A stretch of DNA of 64,000 bases, taken from NCBI GenBank assembly GCA_044229845.1, contig JBGASG010000012.1:32001-96000 (forward strand). The letters are read 5' to 3'. A program made the translations under genes and the position numbers. How positions within the stretch are numbered: position 1 is the stretch's first letter; every line of letters begins with the position of its first letter. Source of the stretch: Candidatus Obscuribacteraceae bacterium (GTDB lineage Bacteria; Cyanobacteriota; Vampirovibrionia; Obscuribacterales; Obscuribacteraceae). Shown here piece after piece: positions 10,466-19,892 of the stretch. The notes below the pieces were generated by a model that searched no databases, was not told the origin of the DNA, and worked only from the letters and a program-made list of their open reading frames with translations.

Positions 10466-10711
10466 AATCTTCTCGAAGCCGCGCGGCGCCAGGTGGCCGG
10501 AGTTCCAGAGACTGGCCCCCAGCTGCTCGCCGTTCACTTCTTCGTCGATGCGCGATAAGAGAACCCGCCGACCAGTCGGTGGGCTCAAAGCCGCCACCAA
10601 CAGCCCATGATACTTGCGCGTGTTGGCACCGAAAATGGTGCCGGACGCGTAAGAACCCAGGCCGTTGGTGATCAGCCACTCGCGCTCATCACTTCCGTCC
10701 AGCCTCGACAC
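10466..10711 (-). pseudogene. Truncated glycogen debranching enzyme (amylo-alpha-1,6-glucosidase) N-terminal fragment
   Basis: REWLITNGLGSYASGT..NTRKYHGLLVAAL.PP.GR is the family N-terminus; similarity stops after about 80 aa and the ORF runs on into the repeat region. Confidence 0.75.
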
Positions 10712-10927
10712 ATCCGCAAGCGGAAGATCGAGGGCTTCGTTGCTGTTGCCCAGCTGGTTTGCCAACCAGGCGGCCAGGTTTAAAGCGATGTCAGAGGACT
10801 CCAGGAAGTATTCTAGGCGAACCTGCACCACCCTGGTGGGCGGTGCAGGTTCACTGTGAGCAGTTGACTGCGAGGGCGACGCCAACGCAGCAGAAGTTGT
10901 CTGCGTGCGCCGCCCTCGTCAGGGACG

Positions 10928-11596
10928 TCAGGCAGCGCGACGGGACAGCATCATGCCGAGCAGCTGTCCGACTGCGAAGGCGCAGCAGACACCGGGCACG
11001 ATGGTCACGAAGGTGAACGTCTGGAACGTGGCGTACGCGCAGATCGTGCACAGCACCGTCATGATGCCGAACCCGATGTAGGTGCCGCTGCCGAAGCCCC
11101 AGCCCTTGAGCGTCGAACCGGGCAGCACGACGTTGCCCATGAAGAAACCGCTGATGGCGAGCGCCACAGCGGCAGTCCACAGGAACGGCGAGGCCATCAG
11201 GTACAAGCCGCCGAGCAGGTAGAGCGCGGCAAGCGTGACGCCGCTGAAGTCCTTGTCGCCGGCCTGGTCGCGGTCTTCCTGCTTGCCGAACGACCAGGTG
11301 AGGTGAGTCACTCGTTCGCTCTGCAGCGGGCGCTTGCGCACCACGACATCGGCATCGACGAGTGCCTTGGTCTGGAACTCGGCGACGCGATCGACCGGCA
11401 GAGCCACGACCAGCATGCGGCCGTCGTGTCCAACCAGGTTCATGTAGGCGTTGCGCCCGGTCGGACCGACGTAGGCAGTGACACCGGGACCGGTGGCCTT
11501 GCCCTTGTAGACGACGCGGTCGGACAACGACCAGATGAGGAAGAGCACCGCGGGCAGAGCCAGTGCCGCGATGATCAGGGGCAGTGTGAGAGTCAT
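10928..11596 (-). CDS. Hypothetical membrane protein
   Basis: SD AAGGGA, N-terminal TM plus about 4 C-terminal TMs, strong codon bias. Confidence 0.75.
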   Translation of the reverse strand: MTLTLPLIIAALALPAVLFLIWSLSDRVVYKGKATGPGVTAYVGPTGRNAYMNLVGHDGRMLVVALPVDRVAEFQTKALVDADVVVRKRPLQSERVTHLTWSFGKQEDRDQAGDKDFSGVTLAALYLLGGLYLMASPFLWTAAVALAISGFFMGNVVLPGSTLKGWGFGSGTYIGFGIMTVLCTICAYATFQTFTFVTIVPGVCCAFAVGQLLGMMLSRRAA

Positions 11597-11709
11597 TGTA
11601 GTATGTCCCTTCTTGGTTTCAACACGCCATGCCTCGGCAGCGCACGCACGCAGCTCACCGAACAGACGGTGCGGCGGCGTACGGGCGCTGGGTTCGGCAC
11701 GAGCGCAGG

Positions 11710-12825
11710 CTATGTCGAGCGGTGGTGCAGCGGATACTTGCCGAGTCGATCGCGCACCAGCTGAACTCCGAGACCAGGCTCGGCTTCCAGCATGGTGGCG
11801 ACGAGAGCGGCAAGCTCCGGCGCCCGGAAGCTGATCGGACCGTCACCCGGCACCAGTACATCGGGCTTTTGCCCGACTTCCGCTTGACGCGGATTGTAAG
11901 TGCCGTGCTGCAGTCCGACCGCAATCACATCGGGAAACACTGCCGGCTCGACGACGAGCAGTGGGTCGACGTGACTGAGGAAGTAGGCGTGTTCGCTGTC
12001 TTGCGACCAGCAATGCCAGGCGATCGGTTCAGCGTCCTCACCACCTGTGGTGCTGCGGTTGCGTACCACGAGCGTGAATTCGCCGTCGCCTGCAATCTGA
12101 AACCGCAGCTGTTGCTTGCCGTTCCAGATGTTGGACACCAGTTGCCGCGAGTCGGACTCGTGCACCATGTGTCCCTGCTGGTTGTAGACCTCGAGCGACC
12201 ACTGGCGATCGTCTCCCGATTCGCGACGCACGTCGGCCCACAGATTGTAGGTCGCCGTTTGCCGCTGGAAGATTTTCACCTGGGTCTGTCCGCCGAAAGG
12301 CACACGCCAGGAGGCGTGAGCTGAGCGTCCATCACCAGCGCCGGCTGCAGCCACGATGATGTGGCCGCCGCCGGCGATGGCTTCAGACAGGCGACTGGCT
12401 TCCCAACCAGTGCCGTCCGCCGCGTGGCGGAAACCGCCAAACGAGCAGTTGGTGACGCTTTGCAGTGAACGAGCCCGGCAGATGCCGGTCGCCCACAGCA
12501 AAGCCTCAGTCCATCCGGGACGGACGATATTGCCACCGCAGAAAGTGGCATCGTATCCGCCCCATTGCGTGGTGATCAGCCCGTCGTCACCGAAGGCGCG
12601 CACGAGAATCACCGGGGCATCGGGAATGCGGTCGAGAAACTTCTCCAGCACGATGGTTCCGTGCCGGCCGGGGTCTCCCGCAAACGCATTGAGGACGTCG
12701 TCTGCAACCAGGGGCGCACCCTCCACTTGCAGTCCGGTTCGCAAATCGTACACGCCGATGACGTTGGCGCGACGAATGACGTCCCTCTCAAAACCGGAAT
12801 CTATGACGATGAAAGCAGTCTTCAT
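11710..12825 (-). CDS. Subtilisin-like (S8) peptidase
   Basis: VIDSG (Asp), HGT (His), KPDV and ISFRAP (Ser region); start re-placed after SD AAGGAGG. Confidence 0.75.
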   Translation of the reverse strand: MKTAFIVIDSGFERDVIRRANVIGVYDLRTGLQVEGAPLVADDVLNAFAGDPGRHGTIVLEKFLDRIPDAPVILVRAFGDDGLITTQWGGYDATFCGGNIVRPGWTEALLWATGICRARSLQSVTNCSFGGFRHAADGTGWEASRLSEAIAGGGHIIVAAAGAGDGRSAHASWRVPFGGQTQVKIFQRQTATYNLWADVRRESGDDRQWSLEVYNQQGHMVHESDSRQLVSNIWNGKQQLRFQIAGDGEFTLVVRNRSTTGGEDAEPIAWHCWSQDSEHAYFLSHVDPLLVVEPAVFPDVIAVGLQHGTYNPRQAEVGQKPDVLVPGDGPISFRAPELAALVATMLEAEPGLGVQLVRDRLGKYPLHHRST

Positions 12826-12920
12826 GTCACTCCTCCTTTTGTTGTTTCTCAAAAGAACAGTCGCGTCGCGCCTGGAGGCGAGACGGAGCAGTTTGTTGTG
12901 CGAGTTTCTTGCTTGCCTAG

Positions 12921-13892
12921 TTATGCCGCCAGAAGCTTTTCAGCGCGCTCGGCGATTTCTTTGACCAGATTGGCGATTACGCCGTCTACCGGTCCGACTG
13001 TTGTGCCCATGATGCCGCGGCGGCGCCGTTCCACGAGCCAGTCGAGGAAGAGCAGGCGCGACAGGGTGTACGAAGCCGGCAGCAGTTTCTTCACTTCTTG
13101 ATAGTCGCGTCCCGCTTCATCGCAATAAGCTTCCAGGACGACCGGCTGCCAGCTCTTGTCCTCGCCATTCTTAAAATGGTCGGAGGTGAGCGTTGCCAGG
13201 TCCAGAAGCGGCATGCCGATGGTGGTGAACCACGACCAGTCGATGATGTAGAACTTGCCGCCACGCAGAATGATGTTTTCCGCGTAGAGATCGCCGTGCA
13301 CCAGCGAGAGGCGCTCGGAAGACAGCTGGTCATCCAGGTGTCTTCCCAACGTCTCCAGCTGCTGTCCATCGGCGCTGCTAGCCAATTGCCAGTCGTCTAT
13401 CGATGCGCGCAGACCTTGCGCCAGCTTGCCGTACTGCCCGGGTCGCAACGTGCGCAGGATGCCCAGCGGCTCCAGCTCTTCGATGCGATAGGAATAGGCG
13501 CGGTGCATCTTGGCCAGCTCGGTACCAATCAAATTTGCTGTGCGGTGATCGGTGCCGCCGATCAAAGACTGCGTGCCCAGGTCTTCCATGAACAGCGCGA
13601 TCATTTGGCCGCAGGTTCCGGAAAGAAACAGCCGCGCCGAATTCGAGATAGACGGGATGAGCACGCGCTCATGCAGGTCTTGCTCGACATCCCAGGGCGG
13701 CAGCACCACTTTGTAAATCAGCGTCTCCGGAAGCGCATCGCGCATGTGCAGCCGTTCTACCAGCGACAGGTCGCGATGGCGCAACAAATTTCTCTCCGCT
13801 ACTTCCACCTCTTTGCCGTAGAACTCATGCAGCCAACCCATCAACCTCTCTTGAGAGGGCGGGTCGAGCAACTTGAGCGATTCGTTTTCCAC
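12921..13892 (-). CDS. APH/choline kinase-family phosphotransferase
   Basis: HGDLYAENI Brenner motif and IIDW. Confidence 0.85.
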   Translation of the reverse strand: MENESLKLLDPPSQERLMGWLHEFYGKEVEVAERNLLRHRDLSLVERLHMRDALPETLIYKVVLPPWDVEQDLHERVLIPSISNSARLFLSGTCGQMIALFMEDLGTQSLIGGTDHRTANLIGTELAKMHRAYSYRIEELEPLGILRTLRPGQYGKLAQGLRASIDDWQLASSADGQQLETLGRHLDDQLSSERLSLVHGDLYAENIILRGGKFYIIDWSWFTTIGMPLLDLATLTSDHFKNGEDKSWQPVVLEAYCDEAGRDYQEVKKLLPASYTLSRLLFLDWLVERRRRGIMGTTVGPVDGVIANLVKEIAERAEKLLAA

Positions 13893-13909
13893 GGTGTTTG
13901 GCGAGTGGG

Positions 13910-14995
13910 TCAGAACTTCCAGTAAGGCGCGGTGGTCAGGCGCTCGGCACCATCGGTGGTGACGACCAGGTCGTCTTCGATGCGCACGCCGCCGAAGCCG
14001 TCGATGTAGATGCCGGGCTCGTCGGTGACAACCATGCCGACCTTGAAAGGGTCATGCTCGTAGTCGTACGGGTCGTGCGCCACCAGTCCCAGACTGTGTC
14101 CGAGACCGTGAGTGAAGTACTTGCCGTAACCGAGTCGGGTGATGTAATCGCGCGCCACCTTGTCGTAAGCCTTGTATTTGATGCCAGGCTTCAACGCCTT
14201 GAAAGCAGTTTTGTTGGCCGCCAGCACGATGTTGTAAATCTCGACCATCTTGGGGTCGGGTTTCTTGCCGGGCACAAAGGCTGTGCGCGTGATATCGCTG
14301 CAGTAGCCGCCGGTGTACAGCCCGCCGAAATCCATGATCACCGGCTCGCCGGCTTTCACCTTGCGGTCTGAGGTCGCATGGTGCGGAATCGCGGAATTGG
14401 GGCCGCTGGCGACAATCGATGTGAAACTGTTGCAGATGGCACCATGCTTGCGCAGGCGCACATCTATCTCGAAAGATATGTCCAGTTCGGTCATGCCGGG
14501 ACGAATGAGTGCCGCCACTTCGTTGTAGACCTTGCTGGTGGCACGGCAGCCGCGGCGCAAGACCTCCACCTCATCTGCATCTTTATACTGTCGGAAGCGT
14601 TCCACTAGATGCTGAGTCGGCACCAGTTTCGCGGTGATCTCTTTCTTCCAGCGCTCAAGTACGGCGACGGCGATGTGCTCGGCTTCAAAACCGACTTTCG
14701 CGGTTTTGGTCAGTCCGGCCAGCGCCAGCGCTTCATTGACGAATTCAGAGACTTTCTTGCCACGCTGCACCTTCACCAGCTTGTAGTCAGGTGCTTCGGC
14801 AGCGGCGCGCAGGAAATAGCGGGCATCAGTGACGATGAACGCTTTCTTGCGCGTGATCACCAGCACCGCGGTGGTGCCGGCGAAGCCGCTCAGATAGAGA
14901 ACGTTCTGGTTGTCGCCCTCGAAGACACGCACAATCAATGCGTCGAGGTTTTGCTTGACCAGGGCTTGTTGTAGTTTTTTCAGACGTGCATTCAT
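13910..14995 (-). CDS. Xaa-Pro aminopeptidase (M24B)
   Basis: YCSDITRT, HGLGHSLG, EPGIY and GGVRIED motifs. Confidence 0.93.
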   Translation of the reverse strand: MNARLKKLQQALVKQNLDALIVRVFEGDNQNVLYLSGFAGTTAVLVITRKKAFIVTDARYFLRAAAEAPDYKLVKVQRGKKVSEFVNEALALAGLTKTAKVGFEAEHIAVAVLERWKKEITAKLVPTQHLVERFRQYKDADEVEVLRRGCRATSKVYNEVAALIRPGMTELDISFEIDVRLRKHGAICNSFTSIVASGPNSAIPHHATSDRKVKAGEPVIMDFGGLYTGGYCSDITRTAFVPGKKPDPKMVEIYNIVLAANKTAFKALKPGIKYKAYDKVARDYITRLGYGKYFTHGLGHSLGLVAHDPYDYEHDPFKVGMVVTDEPGIYIDGFGGVRIEDDLVVTTDGAERLTTAPYWKF

Positions 14996-15154
14996 GACGT
15001 CCTATTGTAACCACTTGAATTTCCAGCCACTGCCGCCGGACACCGTTCGCTTACAAAGCGAGAAGTGCCCGGCGGCATATGGAGGAAACCGCCGATTGTC
15101 GTTAGGAGACGACGGGTGCGCGAGGCGCCCGTCGTTTCTTCCCGACCTTCGACG

Positions 15155-16678
15155 TCACACGGCGCTGCGCTGAGCGAAGTGCTCGGCAACCGCCACCAGA
15201 GTGCGCGTGGCGAACCCGGTGCCACCCTTGGGGCGGACGCCGTCTTCGGCACCGAGAGATGCAGATCCCGCGATGTCCAGGTGCACCCACGGGGTTTCGC
15301 CGACGAACTTGCGGATAAACCAAGCAGCCGTGATCGAGCCGGCACCGAAGTCGGCGCCGCCGGAGTTCTTCAAGTCAGCCATGGGCGTTTCATTCGCCTT
15401 GGCGTACTCGGGGAACATCGGCATCTGCCAGAGGCGCTCGCCAGCGTTTTTGCCGCAGGCGACCACCAGCTGGGTGAACTCGTCGTGATTGCCGAACGCA
15501 CCGGCAGCAACGCTGCCCAGCGCGACGACCATCGCACCGGTGAGGGTAGCGACATCAATGATGCGCGTCACGCCGCAGCGCTTCGCCCACTCGATGGCGT
15601 CGACCAGGGTCAGGCGACCCTCGGCGTCGGTGTTGTCGACCTCGATGGTGAGCCCCCGCAGCGACGTCAGCACATTGCCCGGCAGGTTCATCAGCCCGTT
15701 CACCACGTTGTCCGTCGCCGGTAAGAACGCTTTCACGCGCACCGGCAGCTTGTAGGACACGATGGTGGCAAATGCACCAAGCACTGCCGCGCCGCCTGCC
15801 ATGTCGCACTTCATCGTCCGCATACCGGCTGCGGGCTTCAGGTCGGCGCCGCCGGTGTCGAACGTGATGGACTTGCCGACGAAACCGAGCACCTCGTCGT
15901 TGACCGGGTTTTCCGGTTCATACGAAAGCTCGATGAACACGGGCTCGTTAGTGGAGGCGAGCGCCACTGCCATGTAGGCGCCGAACCCTCGTTTCGTCAG
16001 CTCGCGCCTGTACATGAGGCGGATTTTGACGCGTCCTTTGCCCGTGGCCGCGATCTTCTTCGCCACGTTAGCGAGGTACAGCGGGGTGCAGATATTGGCG
16101 GGCAGGTTGCACAGGTTGCGGGCGAGATTGGTGTTCTCGGCCAGCGTCCGTCCATCCACGAGTCCGCGCCGCAGTGCGCGCGCGTCCTTGCTCGCCACCG
16201 ACACGACGTTGACCTGCTCGAGGTGCACGACCGGCTTGTAGCCGCCCGCAGCGGTGCGGAAGTGGTTGATCTCGTAGTCGACGAGACCGGCGTACTCCGC
16301 AATCGCGCGACCGAACTGGTAGGCGGTGATGCCCAGCCCGTCCAGCGGCGGCAGCTCGAATGCGATCACCTTGGCGCGCACCCGCTTCGCCTCTTTGAAG
16401 GCGGCGGTCAGCGAGTCACGCAGGGTCTCGAGGGTGAAATCGGCTCGCGAACCCAATCCGAAGCTGACGATGCGAGCAACGCCGCGCTCTGGGTTGGGCA
16501 CATGGTGGGACGTCTGCCCCACTGAGCCGGTGAACTCGTCGAGGTGCGCCTTGTGCAGGAGCGTGCCTGTCTGCCCGCGGTTCTCGAGGGAGAAGGCGCC
16601 GCTATCGAGTTCGGAAGTGAATACGCCGAGAAGCAGAACGTCGGCACCGACGTCCGTCTTCGAGATTTGAAATTTCAT
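15155..16678 (-). CDS. pepA: Leucyl aminopeptidase (M17)
   Basis: GKSITFDTGG, MKCDMAG, NTDAEGRL, IDVATLTGA and WVHLDIAG motifs. Confidence 0.95.
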   Translation of the reverse strand: MKFQISKTDVGADVLLLGVFTSELDSGAFSLENRGQTGTLLHKAHLDEFTGSVGQTSHHVPNPERGVARIVSFGLGSRADFTLETLRDSLTAAFKEAKRVRAKVIAFELPPLDGLGITAYQFGRAIAEYAGLVDYEINHFRTAAGGYKPVVHLEQVNVVSVASKDARALRRGLVDGRTLAENTNLARNLCNLPANICTPLYLANVAKKIAATGKGRVKIRLMYRRELTKRGFGAYMAVALASTNEPVFIELSYEPENPVNDEVLGFVGKSITFDTGGADLKPAAGMRTMKCDMAGGAAVLGAFATIVSYKLPVRVKAFLPATDNVVNGLMNLPGNVLTSLRGLTIEVDNTDAEGRLTLVDAIEWAKRCGVTRIIDVATLTGAMVVALGSVAAGAFGNHDEFTQLVVACGKNAGERLWQMPMFPEYAKANETPMADLKNSGGADFGAGSITAAWFIRKFVGETPWVHLDIAGSASLGAEDGVRPKGGTGFATRTLVAVAEHFAQRSAV

Positions 16679-16804
16679 TGGTGAGGTCTCCTTGTCACCA
16701 CAGGTGGTGACGCTTAGCGATAGAGCGGCAGCCGGCGAGGTGACGCGGGCGCAATTGCCTGCGTCGGAGCCTCGCCGTGCTGCTGCACTACCTTCCGGGA
16801 TGGC

Positions 16805-17473
16805 TCAGGACGCGGGCGTTGCGTCCTGGGTGACCGGCTCTTTCAGATGACGGACGCCCTTGGCTTGCAGATCGCGGTTGGCGATGCTGTCGATGCCGTT
16901 GGGGCCCTCGATGCGGGTCTGGAAGTAATCTACCTCGATCACGCGGCCTTTGACGTCCGCAAGACCGAGAACCTGGATGTTGTCGCCGACTTTGACGTTC
17001 TGCCAGTACCCCATGCGCCCGTAGGCGATGATGTCGGCGAACGTGTCCTTGAGCACAACCGCGATGGCGGCGCCGAAAAGACCGATGCCGACGGTCAACT
17101 TGCCCATGACGTCGGGAGCGAACAGCGTCAGGACGACGTACAGGGTGACCAGCCAGTAGAGCGGCTTGAACACCTTGAACGTGATCTCCTTGCTGCGTGC
17201 CTCCATTTTCGACTTGCCGAGCCACTTCTGGAGGTAGTGGCAGGCAGGGTGATAGAGCACGTAGGCGATGTTGATGGCGACTACCAGGATGATGAAGTTC
17301 ACGACGTAGGGCGTCAGGCTCGAGGTGAATTGCTCGATGCCGCGACGCACAGTTTCGCGAACAGTCTCGCCGAGGGTGTTGGTGAAGCCCGCGAGGGCTC
17401 CCACTCCCAGCACAAGAAACGAAGGCCAGAGCTTCTTGAGCGTGGCCTTGATACCGTGATGTTCACATTCCAT
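16805..17473 (-). CDS. MscS-family mechanosensitive channel domain protein
   Basis: TM helices followed by VKVGDNIQV..VKGRVIEVD..TRI beta domain; start re-placed at ATG 17473 (SD GGAG). Confidence 0.75.
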   Translation of the reverse strand: MECEHHGIKATLKKLWPSFLVLGVGALAGFTNTLGETVRETVRRGIEQFTSSLTPYVVNFIILVVAINIAYVLYHPACHYLQKWLGKSKMEARSKEITFKVFKPLYWLVTLYVVLTLFAPDVMGKLTVGIGLFGAAIAVVLKDTFADIIAYGRMGYWQNVKVGDNIQVLGLADVKGRVIEVDYFQTRIEGPNGIDSIANRDLQAKGVRHLKEPVTQDATPAS

Positions 17474-18516
17474 GATGTGTCTCCGGAAGAAACCGGTCAG
17501 CATGCACACAGACGGGTGTCTGCGCGCGACCGGGTTGACGTGGTTGATAGCGAATCTGCGGGAGAGCAAATCCGCCACGATATAGCGACTGCGAGAACAG
17601 CCGCCGACGAGAGTGATGCAACGCCGTTCTGCGGTGTTGCCAGGTGCGAGCACTGCGTCGCTTTCGCAACGTTGCCAGTGGAAGAAACGCTCAAAGAGCC
17701 GCTCTTGTGGAGCGGGGGAGGTTCGTTAGAAAGCTCAGAACTTGTGGGTTTGGAACTAAGCGGCTGGTACTATCAACCTCAGGGGCTAAAAAGAGAAAAA
17801 GTGAGCGGGTTCTGAAACTACTTGGAATTCATTCACGGGCGCAATTTGTGTTAAAGACTATTTGCGCGAGCCTTCTCGCGCAATCAGGCCGGACGGCAAT
17901 ATTGCAACTCGCACAGATCAGCGAGCGACTTGTTTGTGAGACAGCGATAAGCTTGCACCACGAGTGGTGTCATGTGGCGCGAGGCTGCCAACAAGCACCA
18001 GTGCGTTCGTGCTGCAATTAGCGCAGCGGCACGAACGCAAAACATCAGGTGAAACAAGGGAGGGAACGCGAGCGGCAGGCACAGGTCGGGGAACGAGCGC
18101 GAGTGGTCAGGGTGGGAACGGAACGTGGTGTGTGTGGAAAAGAATGGTGGTGGTGGGTCGTTCGTTCTATGTCGGACTGGTGTGGACTGAGGACGGATGG
18201 TGCGCGAGCGGGGACAGTCAGTAGAACGGCAGCGGGGAACGCAGACCTGCGGGGAGCGGATCCATCGAGAGTTAGAGGCCTGAACAGCTAAGGCGAATGT
18301 TGCGGGTAAAAAGGTCAACGGAAAAGAGGGGACTAAAAGGAGGAGAAACGGTGGGTCGTTGCCTTTGCTGCTCAGTTTTGACCGATTTGGTACCTCTTTC
18401 TTGAACGCCAGCACTACTGCTTGACATTCTTATTCCCGACTGTCCGAATCTCTAATCAGATTTATCACCGAATTACCGCCAAAACCCAAAAAACCTCACG
18501 GGGCGGCTCGAACTGG

Positions 18517-18561
18517 AGGCGGTGCACTCCTCGGGTAGGCGGTGCACTCCTCGGGTAGGCG
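18517..18561. repeat. Perfect 20-bp tandem repeat (AGGCGGTGCACTCCTCGGGT x2.25)
   Basis: Read directly from the sequence. Confidence 0.9.
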
Positions 18562-18702
18562 ATTCACCGTTGGTGCCACCTCGTATCAATGCACCGGCAC
18601 CATATTTGATGGCAGCAGAAGACTTTCTTAAAATGGGCTCATACGCACCAACAAACCTCGACAATTGTTATTGACAACCTCGTCAATTCAAGGATTGCAT
18701 GC

Positions 18703-19053
18703 ATGGACATCTTCAGAAAAGCAGCGGCAGTAGCGGACTCGATTTTTGAAACTGTCACCAGCCTCGTGCAGAGAGCAGAAACTCCCGGGAACACCTACAG
18801 GTCAGGCGATGCCGTCGGCTCGACCGCTGAAGTTGCGGTGTCGATTCCGGCGGGCGGCACCGGAGAGGTACTGGTGAAGCTCGGTCGCGGGCTCCATAAT
18901 TACCCGGCGCGAGCCGTTCGCGATGGAGAAACCTTCAGCCGCGGCACGAAAGTGCGCATTGCCGATGTTGGTGGACAGACCATCTTCGTCGAAGCTCTGC
19001 AGCCGGAAAGTACGCCCACAGAGGGTCCAAAGGAAGGCGACATTATCGCTTGA
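18703..19053 (+). CDS. NfeD-like OB-fold small protein
   Basis: G..AEV.V.IP.GGTGEV...YPARA....F.RGTKVRI..V.G..IFV pattern. Confidence 0.65.
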   Translation: MDIFRKAAAVADSIFETVTSLVQRAETPGNTYRSGDAVGSTAEVAVSIPAGGTGEVLVKLGRGLHNYPARAVRDGETFSRGTKVRIADVGGQTIFVEALQPESTPTEGPKEGDIIA

Positions 19054-19166
19054 GCGACCGCAGCGTTTCTTGCAAGAGTGGCTCAGCAAGCCAGGCTCGG
19101 CTGTAGAAACATCCCCCGATAGCAGGCGTCGAAATGCCTGGAACGAGAGTTCGGGGGACCTGAATT

Positions 19167-19439
19167 ATGAAAGCACAAACGATACTTGCCTCGGCACTGG
19201 TCGCAATCGCGGCTTTGGGTTCGGTGTCGGTGGGCTCCGCGCAAGCGGACAACTGGCGTGACTGGCGAAGACACGAATTCAACCAGCAGCAGAGATACTT
19301 CAATCGTTTCGTCCGGAACCAGCGAAGAGACTATCGACAATTCCGCAACCACCACAACAACTGGTACGGCAACCATCCGCGCGTCTACGGACAGAATCGC
19401 TGGTACGGCTATAACCGCTACTACAACCCGTACTGGTAA
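19167..19439 (+). CDS. Small secreted Arg/Asn/Tyr-rich protein
   Basis: Signal peptide ending AQA; low-complexity mature part; downstream hairpin. Confidence 0.7.
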   Translation: MKAQTILASALVAIAALGSVSVGSAQADNWRDWRRHEFNQQQRYFNRFVRNQRRDYRQFRNHHNNWYGNHPRVYGQNRWYGYNRYYNPYW

Positions 19440-19468
19440 ACCGGCGCTACAGGACAGGCTCGATTGAG

Positions 19469-19505
19469 ACGCGGGTGGTGATGCAATGATCACCACCCGT
19501 GTTTC
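19469..19505 (+). terminator. Probable intrinsic terminator
   Basis: CGGGTGGTGAT-N6-ATCACCACCCG stem followed by TGTTT. Confidence 0.55.
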
Positions 19506-19530
19506 CACGGTGCCGAAATGGAAGGCATCC

Positions 19531-19649
19531 TCAAGAATTGCCAGATTGGCAATTTTCTGGGTCCTGCGCATGCCAGTTCAGATTAAGCGGGAGGTCTCTT
19601 GCCAGATTGGCAATTCTTGACTGCTGGAAATTGCCAGATTGGCAATTTC
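19531..19649. repeat. Array of palindromes TTGCCA-GAT-TGGCAA (three exact copies, one degenerate)
   Basis: Copies start at 19538, 19599 and 19631; partial copy at 19570. Confidence 0.9.
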
Positions 19650-19892
19650 TCTCTGGCTTTTTACTAGCTCATATCGTATCTAGAAGAACAAGAAGAGGGC
19701 TCGGGGTTCCAGTCAGACCTTGCGGTCATCATGGCGCTCCCCGAGCCCTTCGCACGCAGCCCTTTTGCACTCTTGCCGGTGCGGAGTCCAGAGGACAGCC
19801 GGCATTGACCATGTGATGTGTCAATGCCGGTCCGTCCCGAACCCCACACAAGCAGCCTTGCCTGCGACAGTCGCGTGTCTTGTAGTGATGGA

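Noticed and set aside
17884..18414. 176-aa minus-strand ORF
   Set aside because: Pro/Phe/Arg composition reflects the nucleotide skew; no SD or motif
19531..19649. Possible CRISPR array
   Set aside because: Repeat is only 15-19 bp, spacers are irregular and too short, and there are no cas genes in the window
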